DNA of 64,000 bases from Eubacteriales bacterium. GTDB lineage: Bacteria > Bacillota > Clostridia > Oscillospirales > CAG-272. The position numbers were made by a program, and so were the translations under genes. Positions 7,712 to 17,006 of this stretch are shown here, piece by piece. The stretch is taken from NCBI GenBank assembly GCA_045632285.1, contig JAZQWJ010000002.1, positions 5,155 to 69,154 on the forward strand. Direction: 5' to 3'. Each line of letters opens with the position of its first letter. Position 1 is the first letter of the stretch. The notes below the pieces were generated by a model. The model ran no database searches. It saw only the letters and a program-made list of their open reading frames with translations, and was not told the origin of the DNA.

Positions 7712-8908
7712 TTATAGGCCGTATTCTTTTGCCAATGCGGCAAAAGCCGGCAGAGAACGCCGGATGCGCTCCTTGTCCACGCAATATGCAATGCGTACGT
7801 AACCGCTGACACCAAAATCGTCGCAGGGGACTACCAGGATCTCGTGAGTCTTGGCACGTTCAAAGAATTTGTAAGCGTCTGCCTCGGGGGACTTGACAAA
7901 CAAATAAAATGCACCGTCGGGCTTAACGCATTCAAAGCCATAGGCCGAGAGATTGTTGTAAAGCAGATCGCGGTTGACCTTATAGGCCTCCACGTTTACC
8001 TTGGCGTCGATGCATCGGGCGATCACCTGCTGCATCAGGCTGGGAGCGCACACGTAGCCAAGCGAGCGACCTGCGCCGCAAACGGCCAGATACAGCTCCT
8101 GTGCGTCCTCTGCCTTGGGGCAGACTGCAATGTAGCCAATGCGCTCTCCGGGCAGAGAAAGAGACTTGGAATAGGAATAGCACACCAACGTATTGTCATA
8201 TTCCTTCATCAAATAAGGCACGTCCACACCTGCATAGACCAGCTCGCGATAGGGCTCGTCCGCAATGAGATAGATGGGGTGGCCGTATTCGGCAGATCTG
8301 CGCTTCAGCACCGCGCACAGGGCCTGTACGGTCTCCTTAGAATAAACCACACCGCTGGGGTTGTTGGGGGAATTGACGATCACCGCCTTGGTGCGAGGGG
8401 TGATCTTGGATTCAAAGTCGGCAATATCCACCTGAAAGGTCTTTTCCATCGGTTGGCTGACCACCAGCTTGCCGCCTGCGTTTTCCACAAACACGCGATA
8501 TTCGGTAAAGAAGGGGGCAAATACGATGCACTCGTCCTCAGCGCCATCCTCCATCAAGGCCTTCAGGCAAATGGAAAGAGAGGCTGCGGCACCGCAGGTC
8601 ATATAGATCATATTGGGGCTGATATCCACGCCGAAGCGTTTTTGGATGTTCTCAGCGATCACGCGGCGCACGTTAGCATCACCCTGAGCCGAGGTATAGC
8701 CGTGGAGCAGGACCGAGTCTTCGGTCCTCAGCAGCTCTGCAATGGTTGCGTTTACCTCTGCGGGGGCGGGGACACTGGGGTTGCCCAGACTAAAGTCAAA
8801 GACCTTGTCACCGCCGATCTCGGCGGCACGGGTCTTGCTGTATTCAAAAATTTCACGGATGATCGAGCGCTTGCTGCCAAGGCCGAACATTTTTTGATTG
8901 TAGCTCAT
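7712..8908 (-). CDS. class I PLP-dependent aminotransferase (aspartate/aromatic type)
   Basis: VNSPNNPSGVVY and PLP-lysine motif SYSKSLSLPGERIGY; start moved to MSYNQK; last gene of the ior operon. Confidence 0.85.
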   Translation of the reverse strand: MSYNQKMFGLGSKRSIIREIFEYSKTRAAEIGGDKVFDFSLGNPSVPAPAEVNATIAELLRTEDSVLLHGYTSAQGDANVRRVIAENIQKRFGVDISPNMIYMTCGAAASLSICLKALMEDGAEDECIVFAPFFTEYRVFVENAGGKLVVSQPMEKTFQVDIADFESKITPRTKAVIVNSPNNPSGVVYSKETVQALCAVLKRRSAEYGHPIYLIADEPYRELVYAGVDVPYLMKEYDNTLVCYSYSKSLSLPGERIGYIAVCPKAEDAQELYLAVCGAGRSLGYVCAPSLMQQVIARCIDAKVNVEAYKVNRDLLYNNLSAYGFECVKPDGAFYLFVKSPEADAYKFFERAKTHEILVVPCDDFGVSGYVRIAYCVDKERIRRSLPAFAALAKEYGL

Positions 8909-8924
8909 AGTATCACCTGAATGT

Positions 8925-9734
8925 TTAGATTCCAAGTAGGATCCTTGCATTTTGGCCAAGGATCTTCTCTTGCGTTTGGTCGTCGGGGGAAAGGGAGCAC
9001 AGGCGTGCAACGTCATCACCAATATGGCTCCATGGGCTGTCAGAGGCAAAAAGGATGCGGTCGGCGCCGTGCTTTTGTACAACGCGGCAAAAATCCTCTT
9101 TTGCGGTATAGCGCAAAATATACGCGGTGTCAAAATAGACGTCTTGTCCGCACAAAAGCTCCAGTACACCGTCAAGCATGGCAATGCCGCCCAGATGAGC
9201 CAGCACCAGCTTGCGATAGGGGATCGCCTCGATCACGCGGCGCGCCCGTTCGGGCGTACAGCGCACAGGTTGCCCATAAAAGGCGCAATCCAGACCCGCG
9301 TGGGTCAGTACGATCAAGCCGTGTCGCTTGGCGGCAGCCAAAATGCGCAGATAGCCCTCATCGTCAAAAAAGGTCTCCTGATAATCGGGGTGGATTTTAA
9401 CGCCAAGAAAGCCTTGCTCCGCAAGCCATGCCATTTTTTCTTCAATGTCATCGCATTTGGGGTGGATGGCTCCAAAGGAGATCAGCCGGTTAGTGCTGCT
9501 TTTTTGATCGCGGTTCAGCCCTGCGGCATAGGCGTTTACGCTTTCAAATTTGTCTGGATTGGTCAGTACGGGCAGATTGATGGCAAGATCAACGCCTGCG
9601 GCGGCCATTTGGCCTGAGAGGGCGGCTGTCGTTCCGTCTGAAAAAGAGGGGATCCCGCCTTTGTGTGAAAGATGCGCAATGGTCTTTTCTGCCATCGCAT
9701 CCGGAAAAACGTGCGTATGAAAATCAATGATCAT
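8925..9734 (-). CDS. amidohydrolase_2-type TIM-barrel metal-dependent hydrolase/decarboxylase family protein
   Basis: N-terminal MIIDFHTHVF (HxH metal ligands), about 270 aa. Confidence 0.65.
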   Translation of the reverse strand: MIIDFHTHVFPDAMAEKTIAHLSHKGGIPSFSDGTTAALSGQMAAAGVDLAINLPVLTNPDKFESVNAYAAGLNRDQKSSTNRLISFGAIHPKCDDIEEKMAWLAEQGFLGVKIHPDYQETFFDDEGYLRILAAAKRHGLIVLTHAGLDCAFYGQPVRCTPERARRVIEAIPYRKLVLAHLGGIAMLDGVLELLCGQDVYFDTAYILRYTAKEDFCRVVQKHGADRILFASDSPWSHIGDDVARLCSLSPDDQTQEKILGQNARILLGI

Positions 9735-9749
9735 AGCGACTCCCGTTTA

Positions 9750-10178
9750 TCAGATATTGTGCAGCTCCTCGCAAGAAACAGTCTTGATGCCATTGGCGGT
9801 CAGGATCTCGTCTACCTTGTTCCCGTCAGAGGCCTTCAGCACAACGTAAGCCTCGTTAGAGTCAATAGAAAGGCCGTACATATATTCAATATTCACACCG
9901 TTTTCGTCAATGCTCTTCAAAAGGCCCTGCAGGCTGCCGACCTCGTGGGGGATCTTGATGATCGAAACGTCGGAGAGCAGAGAGGAAAATCCGTTCTCGG
10001 AAAGCTTTTCCTTGCCCTTGGCGGCATTATTCACGATCAAGCGGAGCAAGCCGAATTCGGTGGTGTCGGCAAGGCTGAGAGAAAGAATGTTGACGTCATT
10101 TTCTTTCAAAACGTTTAACACCTCAGAAAGTCTGCCGGATCTGTTTTCAATAAATACGGTCAACTGTTTTGCAAACAT
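9750..10178 (-). CDS. ACT domain-containing protein
   Basis: LTVFIENRSGRLSEVLNVLKENDVNILSLSL beta-alpha-beta ACT signature; classic neighbour of PaaK-type ligases. Confidence 0.7.
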   Translation of the reverse strand: MFAKQLTVFIENRSGRLSEVLNVLKENDVNILSLSLADTTEFGLLRLIVNNAAKGKEKLSENGFSSLLSDVSIIKIPHEVGSLQGLLKSIDENGVNIEYMYGLSIDSNEAYVVLKASDGNKVDEILTANGIKTVSCEELHNI

Positions 10179-10195
10179 GATAATTTCCTCCTTAA

Positions 10196-11494
10196 TTAAT
10201 AAAGCTTGCGCTTATCGATAACGTGAACGGCCTTACCCTCGCTTCTCATCAGGGTCTGGGGCTCTACGATGCGGATCTTGGCGTTGATGCCCAACGCCTG
10301 CTGGATCACGTGGCCGATCTTCTTTGTCATAGCCTCGATGGCGCGTACCTCGTCGGTATAATACTTCTGATCCAGCTCTACTTGAATTTCAAGCGTATCC
10401 AGGTTGTTGACGCGGTCTACGATCATCATATAATGAGGGGTGACCTCCTCTACCTCGATCAGTGCCGCCTCTACCTGGCTTGGGAATACGTTAACGCCGC
10501 GGATGATCAGCATATCGTCCACACGGCCCTTAAAGCGGGAGATGCGGGCACTGGTACGACCGCACGCACAGGTGGAGTGATCGATGCTGGTCAGGTCCTT
10601 GGTGCGGTAGCGGATCATGGGGATGCCTTCCTTGGTAAGGGTGGTAAAGACCAGCTCGCCGGTCTCACCGTCGGCCACGGGCATAAGCGTGGCAGAGTTC
10701 AGCACCTCGGGGTAGAAGTGATCCTCGCACACGTGCAGACCTGCGTGATGCTCACAGTCGCAGGCCACACCGGGGCCCATGATCTCGCTGAGGCCGTAAA
10801 TGTCGAAGGCCTTGATGTTCAGCTTTGTCTCAATATCGTGGCGCATTTTTTCGGTCCAAGGCTCGGCGCCGCAGATGGCTGCACGCAGCTTGACCTTGTC
10901 CAAAAGGCCCTCGGCGGCCAGCACCTCGGAGATGTGAAGCAGATAAGAGGGGGTGCAGGCAATGGCGGTGGCGCCAAAGTCCGCCATCATCGTGGTCAGC
11001 TTTTTAGAATTGCCCGTGCTCATCGGCACAACGGTGGCACCGATCTTTTCAGCGCCGCCGTGGGCGCCGAGACCGCCGGTGAACAGACCGTAGCCATAGG
11101 CGATCTGAATGATGTCATTTTTGCTGACACCTGCCATAGAAAAGCATCTGGCAACACATTCGGCCCAAATATCCAGATCACGTCTGGTATAGCCCACCAC
11201 AGTGGCCTTTCCGGTGGTTCCGCTGGAGGCGTGGATACGTACGATCTCGGAATTGGGGACGGCAAACAGCCCAAAGGGGTAGTTGTCACGCAAGTCATCC
11301 TTGGTGGTAAAAGGGAGCTTGGTGATATCCTCAATGCCCTTGATATCGCCGGGCATCAAGTCAACTGCCTGCATTTTTTTGCGGTAGAATTCCACGTTGT
11401 GATAAACGTAATCCACCAGCTTTACAAGCCGTTTGCTTTGCAGAGCGGTCATTTCATCGCGACTCATGCATTCTTTGGTTTCATTCCAGATCAT
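10196..11494 (-). CDS. paaK: phenylacetate-CoA ligase family protein (PaaK-like), copy 2
   Basis: MIWNE... N-terminus, [13 protein letters not shown]-binding motif [18 protein letters not shown]; about 430 aa. Confidence 0.8.
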   Translation of the reverse strand: MIWNETKECMSRDEMTALQSKRLVKLVDYVYHNVEFYRKKMQAVDLMPGDIKGIEDITKLPFTTKDDLRDNYPFGLFAVPNSEIVRIHASSGTTGKATVVGYTRRDLDIWAECVARCFSMAGVSKNDIIQIAYGYGLFTGGLGAHGGAEKIGATVVPMSTGNSKKLTTMMADFGATAIACTPSYLLHISEVLAAEGLLDKVKLRAAICGAEPWTEKMRHDIETKLNIKAFDIYGLSEIMGPGVACDCEHHAGLHVCEDHFYPEVLNSATLMPVADGETGELVFTTLTKEGIPMIRYRTKDLTSIDHSTCACGRTSARISRFKGRVDDMLIIRGVNVFPSQVEAALIEVEEVTPHYMMIVDRVNNLDTLEIQVELDQKYYTDEVRAIEAMTKKIGHVIQQALGINAKIRIVEPQTLMRSEGKAVHVIDKRKLY

Positions 11495-11512
11495 ATTTTA
11501 TCATCTCCTTTG

Positions 11513-12082
11513 TTATTTTGCTTCATACCCACAAAGAAAGGCTTTTTTATTGATATCCACCGTCTTTGGAGGGACGGTGCTTTCTACGGTAGAAAGCCAG
11601 ATCTCGGGGGTGAATCCGATGTGTGCGGCGGCATAGCCCAACACCACGGAATTCAAGACCTTGCTGTTTCCAAGGGCAAGGGCGGCCTTTTGGCCGTCAA
11701 TGCTGTAAACGCGATGATCCGCCTCCAGCTTTTCCAAAATGCCTTCGGGATAGGAGGCAACGCCGATCGTTACAGTCATGGGATCGATGCGGCAGTCGTT
11801 GACCACCAGTACACCGTCCTTTTTCAAAAAATGCGCATAGCGCAGGGCCTCCAGACGCTCAAAGGCAATGATCACGTCTGCCTGACCTTCTTCCACAACG
11901 GGTTCGCTGACCTTGTCGCCAAAGCGGACAAAGGTCACCACGCTGCCACCGCGCTGTGCCATACCGTGCACCTCGGAGATCTTGACGTCATAGCCCTGCT
12001 CCAAGGCGGCTTTGCCAATAATTCTGCTGGTCAGCAGCGTACCCTGGCCGCCGACACCTACGATCATAATATTCTTTGTCAT
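11513..12082 (-). CDS. iorB: indolepyruvate:ferredoxin oxidoreductase subunit beta
   Basis: IMIVGVGGQGTLLTSRIIG, about 190 aa, directly downstream of iorA. Confidence 0.85.
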   Translation of the reverse strand: MTKNIMIVGVGGQGTLLTSRIIGKAALEQGYDVKISEVHGMAQRGGSVVTFVRFGDKVSEPVVEEGQADVIIAFERLEALRYAHFLKKDGVLVVNDCRIDPMTVTIGVASYPEGILEKLEADHRVYSIDGQKAALALGNSKVLNSVVLGYAAAHIGFTPEIWLSTVESTVPPKTVDINKKAFLCGYEAK

Positions 12083-12085
12083 GGC

Positions 12086-13825
12086 TTATCTCTCCACTAC
12101 ACTGATGGCGTTGAATTTACAATAGGTCTTGCAAAGGCCGCAGCCGTTGCACATGGTGGCGTCGATACGTACCTTGCCGTCCTCACCGCGACTCATGGCG
12201 GGGCAACCGATCTTCATGCAAGCGCCGCATTTTTTGCAGGCCTCGGGATCTACCGTGCAAACGTTGGGGAACTTTTGACCCTTCAGCAGTGCACAGGGTG
12301 CCTTTACGATCAGTACGGTCAGGGTATCGGAGGCAACGCTCTCCTTGATCAGCTTTTCCATTTCGGCCACGTCAAAGGCGTTGACCTCGATCACCGAGGG
12401 TACGCCGATGGCACGGCAAAGCTCGGAAAGATCAATGGCATAGGTGTCCTCACCCTTTAGGGTCTTACCGGTGGCGGCGTGCTGCTGATGGCCGGTCATA
12501 CCCGTGGTGCGGTTGTCCAGGATGAGCACGGTGCCCGTGGACTTGTTATAGACCATATTGATCAGGGAATTGACACCGGTGTGCAGGAAGGTAGAGTCAC
12601 CGATCACGGCGACCCAGTTTTTGATGTAATCCTTGCCCTTGGCCTTTTCCATGCCGTGGAGAGAGGAGATGCTGGCGCCCATACAAATGGTGGTGTCAAT
12701 AACGCCAAGGGGAGCCACGGCGCCAAGGGTATAGCAGCCGATGTCGCCTGCAGCGTGGATCTTTAGCTTGTTTAGCACAGAGAAGGTGCTTCTGTGGGGG
12801 CAACCGGGGCAGAGGATCGGGGGGCGTGCGGGGGCTTCTTGCTTTTCAAACACGGTGTCATCCTTGCCAAACAGTACGCGGCGCAGCAGATTGGCGCTGT
12901 ACTCACCTTGACGGGTAAAGCATTCCTTGCCCTTGACGTCAAAGCCCCAGGCGCGCACCTGTTCCTCGATCACGGGCTCCAGCTCCTCAAAAACGTAAAC
13001 GGTCTCAACCTTGCTGATAAAGCTCTCAACAAGCTCGCGGGAGAGGGGATTGACAAGGCCCAACTTCAGCACGCTTGCCTCGGGGCAGACCTCTTTTACG
13101 TACTGATAGGCCACGCCGCAGGTGATAAAGCCGACTTTTGTGTCGCCCATTTCCACGCGGTTGATGGGCATTGCGGGGGCGTCCTTGGCCATTTGTGCTT
13201 CACGAGCCTCTACAATGGGATGTCTTGCAATGGCAGAGGCGGGCATCATCACGTATTTGCGCATATCGCGGGCATAAGCCTTATCCTCGATCTCTGTGCG
13301 CTCACAAAGCTCCACTGCGCTTTGCGAGTGGGCCAGCTTGGTGGTGGTGCGCAGGATCACGGGGGTGTCGTATTTTTCACTCAGCTCATACGCGTATTTT
13401 ACAAAATCCTTGGCCTCTTGGCTGTCAGAGGGCTCCAGCACCGGCACGTGGGCGGCGCGGCCGATCATACGGGTATCCTGCTCGTTTTGCGAGCTGGCCA
13501 TGCCGGGGTCATCGGCAACAACGAAAACAGAGCCGCCGTTCACGCCGGTATAGGCAAAGGTATAAAGGGGGTCGGCAGCCACGTTCAGGCCGACGTGCTT
13601 CATACAGGCAAGACTGCGCACGCCCGAGATCGAGGCTCCGATGGCCACCTCGGCAGCCACCTTTTCGTTGGGGGCCCATTCGGTGTATACTTCATTATAT
13701 TTTGCAAGATATTCGCTGATCTCGGTGCTGGGGGTTCCGGGATATGCACTGGAAAGCTTGACACCGGCCTCATAAGCACCGCGGGCGATCGCTTCGTTGC
13801 CAAGCATGATCGTTTTCTTAGTCAT
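12086..13825 (-). CDS. iorA: indolepyruvate:ferredoxin oxidoreductase subunit alpha
   Basis: TPP motif VIGDSTFLHTG...N and two C-terminal 4Fe-4S motifs CKKCGACMKIGCP / CNGCGLCKTYC; ATG at 13825 (alternative GTG 13828) overlaps paaK stop (GTGATG). Confidence 0.85.
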   Translation of the reverse strand: MTKKTIMLGNEAIARGAYEAGVKLSSAYPGTPSTEISEYLAKYNEVYTEWAPNEKVAAEVAIGASISGVRSLACMKHVGLNVAADPLYTFAYTGVNGGSVFVVADDPGMASSQNEQDTRMIGRAAHVPVLEPSDSQEAKDFVKYAYELSEKYDTPVILRTTTKLAHSQSAVELCERTEIEDKAYARDMRKYVMMPASAIARHPIVEAREAQMAKDAPAMPINRVEMGDTKVGFITCGVAYQYVKEVCPEASVLKLGLVNPLSRELVESFISKVETVYVFEELEPVIEEQVRAWGFDVKGKECFTRQGEYSANLLRRVLFGKDDTVFEKQEAPARPPILCPGCPHRSTFSVLNKLKIHAAGDIGCYTLGAVAPLGVIDTTICMGASISSLHGMEKAKGKDYIKNWVAVIGDSTFLHTGVNSLINMVYNKSTGTVLILDNRTTGMTGHQQHAATGKTLKGEDTYAIDLSELCRAIGVPSVIEVNAFDVAEMEKLIKESVASDTLTVLIVKAPCALLKGQKFPNVCTVDPEACKKCGACMKIGCPAMSRGEDGKVRIDATMCNGCGLCKTYCKFNAISVVER

Positions 13826-15126
13826 CACTTGATACTCCTTAAGTCTTTTACTCGTTTTGCCTTTCCCTCAAAGCGCTGTAGTGTGTTGGGGGATTCCAGC
13901 AGCACCTTGGCATCAAGGCCAAGAATGGTCTTCAGCTTACTTCTGACCTCTTTTGTGATCCGCTCCAGCAGGGCAAAGGAGTCGGTGATCTCAGCCAGCT
14001 CCACCTTAACGGTCAGCTTGTCCAGATATCCCTCACGCTCCAGAATGATCTCGTAGTGCGGGCCAAGCTCAGAAACGCTCAGGATGACCTCCTCGATCTG
14101 GCTGGGGAATACGTTAACACCGCGGATCTTCAGCATATCGTCGCTGCGGCCCGACAGATTTTCCATACGGCAAAGGGTTCTGCCGCACTTGCAGGGCTCG
14201 TAGAACAGGCGGGTGATGTCCTTTGTTCGGTAACGGATCAAGGGCAAGCCTTCTTTTTTGATGCAGGTGATCACAAGCTCACCCTGCTCGCCGGCGGGTA
14301 ACACCTCGCCGGTATTGGGGTCGATGATCTCGGGGATAAAATAGTCCTCGTTGATATGCATGCCGCAATGCTCCAGGCATTCGCCCGAAACACCGGGGCC
14401 CATCAGCTCGCTCATGCCGTAGTTGGAGGTGATCAGAATATCGCGGCCCCAGACCTTGTGCATTTCCTCGCGCATCGCGTCGGTCAGCAGCTCGCTGCCC
14501 ACCAGTGCGATCTTGATCTTCAGATCCTTTGCGGGGTCTACGCCCATCTCCTTTGCAACCTCTGCCAGGCGCAGCGCATAAGAGGGGGTCGCCACCAGCA
14601 GCGAGGTCTCAAAATCCTGCATATACATGATCTGCTTTTGAGAGTTACCGGTGGAAGAGGGCACGATGGCTGCGCCGATGTTTTCAAGGCCGTAATGCAA
14701 TCCAAGTGCACCGGTGAACATACCGTAGCCAAAGCAGATCTGCGCCACGTCCTTGGCGCTGGCACCGCCCATACAGGCAATGCGAGAGACACAATCCGTC
14801 CAGGTCTCAAGGTCGCCCTTGGTATAACCCACCACGGTGGGCTTGCCGGTGGTGCCGCTGGAGGCGTGGATACGCACCAGCTCGTCGCGGTCAACGGCAA
14901 ACAAACCAAAGGGATAGTTATCACGCATATCCTGCTTGGTGACAAAGGGCAGCCTTGCAAGATCCTTCAGCGTTTTGATGTCATCGGGCTTCACGCCCAT
15001 CTCATCCATCTTTTTGGCGTAGGCGGGAACCTTTGCGTAAACGCGGTTGACAGTTTCCTGCAGACGCTCCAATTGAATTCTTTCAAGCTCCTCACGGGGG
15101 AGCGTTTCTTCTTTAGACCAGATCAT
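13825..15126 (-). CDS. paaK: phenylacetate-CoA ligase family protein (PaaK-like), copy 1
   Basis: MIWSKE..., [28 protein letters not shown]; paralog of the 10196-11494 gene. Confidence 0.8.
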   Translation of the reverse strand: MIWSKEETLPREELERIQLERLQETVNRVYAKVPAYAKKMDEMGVKPDDIKTLKDLARLPFVTKQDMRDNYPFGLFAVDRDELVRIHASSGTTGKPTVVGYTKGDLETWTDCVSRIACMGGASAKDVAQICFGYGMFTGALGLHYGLENIGAAIVPSSTGNSQKQIMYMQDFETSLLVATPSYALRLAEVAKEMGVDPAKDLKIKIALVGSELLTDAMREEMHKVWGRDILITSNYGMSELMGPGVSGECLEHCGMHINEDYFIPEIIDPNTGEVLPAGEQGELVITCIKKEGLPLIRYRTKDITRLFYEPCKCGRTLCRMENLSGRSDDMLKIRGVNVFPSQIEEVILSVSELGPHYEIILEREGYLDKLTVKVELAEITDSFALLERITKEVRSKLKTILGLDAKVLLESPNTLQRFEGKAKRVKDLRSIK

Positions 15127-15156
15127 AACAGTGTTCCTTTTATTTTGTTGGGTGAT

Positions 15157-16707
15157 TTATTGGATCTCGTCCTCAAGGGGCTGATCAAAGGCCTTGAAAA
15201 GGACGGTGTCGTCGGGCTTTTGGGTAAAGAGGCTGACCACCGCAGTGATCGCCAAAGAAAATAGCATACAGATGGTGCCGATCAAAGGAGAGCAGGAAAC
15301 GCCCGCCTTCAACGCGATTGCAAATCCGCAAGCACCCCCCATCTTGGCATAACCCAGTACGGGGATCAAGATGGCAGTCAGGGCAAGGGAGCCGATGATC
15401 GAGCTCCAAACGGCGGGGCGGGTCACGCGCTTCCATAAAAGGCCAAGCACAAACGGGCCGATAAAGCATCCGGCCAGCGTGCCCCAGCTAATGCCCATCA
15501 TATAGGCAATGGCTGCAAGACCAAATCGCTCATTTAGGATGGCCAGCACAACCGAGATCGTGACAAACAGCAGGCAAAGCACGCGCATCACGGTGTTTAC
15601 GCGCTTGTCGCTTGCTTTTTTGTTGATGGCTCCCTTATAAAGGTCTACCGCCACCACCGAGGCGCTTGCAAGCGAGACAGAGGAAAGGGTGGACATCGAG
15701 GCAGAAAGGATCAATACGGCGATCACGCCGGTCAGTCCCACGGGGATCACGATCTTCAGCATCTGCGGAATGACCTGCGTATCCGGGGCAGTGGCAATAG
15801 CCTCTACACTTTCAAACAAAGAGGAGAGGGCGCCCGAAAAATAGGCGATCACACCGATCAGTAAGGCAAACGCGGTGCTGACGAGCATACCTTGGTTGAT
15901 GGCCTTTTTATCGCGGATCGCATAGTACTTATGCACGGTCTGCGGCAGAGCCCACACGCCAAGAGAGGTCAGTACGATCAGCGAGATCAGCGAGACAGTG
16001 CTGCCAAACAGACCCTGATCGGGGCTTCCAAAGGTGTGCCAGGTCAGCAGGGGATCGTTCCAAAGTGTGGAGATATCCCAGCTCACCTCGGGGGCGTTCA
16101 GATAGCACAGGATCATCAGCACCACGCCAACGATCATAATGATGCCCTGAATAAAGTCCGAGAGGGCGGTTGCAAAGTATCCGCCAAAAAACAGATACAA
16201 GGCGGTCAGCGCAGCCAGCGCCAGCATAACGATCCAACCGGGGATCCCGAACACGATCTCAAACAGGGAGCTGAGACCGTTGTAGACCGAGGCGGAGTAG
16301 GGGATCAAAAACACAAAGATGATCACAGAAGAGACAAGCTTTAGCCGGTGGCTTCCGTACCGCTTTTCAAAAAAGTCGGGCATGGTTTTGGAGTTTAGCC
16401 GTCTTGTCATGTTTTTGGTACGCTTGGCCAGCACCATCCAGGCAAGCAGTGTGCCGATCAGGGCGTTGCCGATGCCGATCCAGACCGAGGCCAGACCAAA
16501 CGAACGACCGAATTGCCCCGCATAGCCGATAAAGACTACGGCAGAAAAATAAGTGGTACCGTAAGCAAAGGCGGTCATCCAACCGTTCAAACCCTTTTTA
16601 CCTGCCAGCAAAAAGTCGTTGACCGAGCTTGAGCGATTTTTGGTGTAAAAGGCGATGGCGATCATAGAAATGGCATACAGTGCCAGGATAAGGTAATCAA
16701 ACAGCAT
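15157..16707 (-). CDS. sodium:solute symporter (SSS) family transporter
   Basis: 516 aa polytopic protein; N-terminal NDFLLAGKKGLNGWMTAFAYGTTYFSAVVFIGYAGQFG pattern typical of the SSS family; first gene of the ior operon. Confidence 0.7.
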   Translation of the reverse strand: MLFDYLILALYAISMIAIAFYTKNRSSSVNDFLLAGKKGLNGWMTAFAYGTTYFSAVVFIGYAGQFGRSFGLASVWIGIGNALIGTLLAWMVLAKRTKNMTRRLNSKTMPDFFEKRYGSHRLKLVSSVIIFVFLIPYSASVYNGLSSLFEIVFGIPGWIVMLALAALTALYLFFGGYFATALSDFIQGIIMIVGVVLMILCYLNAPEVSWDISTLWNDPLLTWHTFGSPDQGLFGSTVSLISLIVLTSLGVWALPQTVHKYYAIRDKKAINQGMLVSTAFALLIGVIAYFSGALSSLFESVEAIATAPDTQVIPQMLKIVIPVGLTGVIAVLILSASMSTLSSVSLASASVVAVDLYKGAINKKASDKRVNTVMRVLCLLFVTISVVLAILNERFGLAAIAYMMGISWGTLAGCFIGPFVLGLLWKRVTRPAVWSSIIGSLALTAILIPVLGYAKMGGACGFAIALKAGVSCSPLIGTICMLFSLAITAVVSLFTQKPDDTVLFKAFDQPLEDEIQ

Positions 16708-16769
16708 GGCGCACTCCGTAGAGGGAAGGAATTTTTATTCTGTATCCTTATTTAGAAAAGAATATAAAA

Positions 16770-16798
16770 ATTATAACACAATGATTTTGGGTTGTCAA
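16770..16798 (-). promoter_or_regulatory. sigma-A promoter of the eight-gene ior/paaK operon
   Basis: Minus strand TTGACA-17 nt-TATAAT, exact consensus plus TGT extended -10; about 55-nt leader. Confidence 0.65.
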
Positions 16799-16823
16799 TG
16801 TTTTTTAAAAGGAAAATCGACAC

Positions 16824-16855
16824 TTTTTTGAATAACTTTTCAGTTTTTTGAATAA
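16824..16855. repeat. tandem direct repeat TTTTTTGAATAA x2 (20-nt phasing) upstream of the ior-operon promoter
   Basis: Identical 12-mers at 16824-16835 and 16844-16855. Confidence 0.6.
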
Positions 16856-16937
16856 TTATTCGTTTTTGCTGCAGATCAAGGAAGCCGTGCGTCAAAACGC
16901 AGAGAAAGCAGCGCCAAAATACAATTGATATTGCCCC

Positions 16938-16966
16938 TTGCCAAACCGAAAAAATTGTGCTATACT
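16938..16966 (+). promoter_or_regulatory. sigma-A promoter of metY-metA
   Basis: TTGCCA-17 nt-TATACT with TGC extended -10; leaves only a ~35-nt leader. Confidence 0.55.
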
Positions 16967-17006
16967 AATACGTAAATAAAAAATCCATCCCAAAGAGGTG
17001 CTTGCA

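Noticed and set aside
7557-7784. 5' extensions of ORF-track entries (for example 6288-7784, 7712-9184, 5529-6173, 27843-31532, 31484-34816, 45073-45549, 46023-46442, 46522-47094, 21601-22449, 25260-26321)
   Set aside because: In each case an internal ATG/GTG/TTG preceded by an AGGAGG-type RBS at 5-10 nt gives the canonical family N-terminus. The upstream codons overlap terminators, promoters or the neighbouring gene.
10223-12460. 745-aa plus-strand ORF
   Set aside because: It runs antisense across three real genes (paaK copy 2, iorB, iorA) and ignores their boundaries. It has no motifs and an Ala/Gly/His-rich composition, so it is a shadow ORF. The same reasoning applies to 12794-14056 and 14356-15264.
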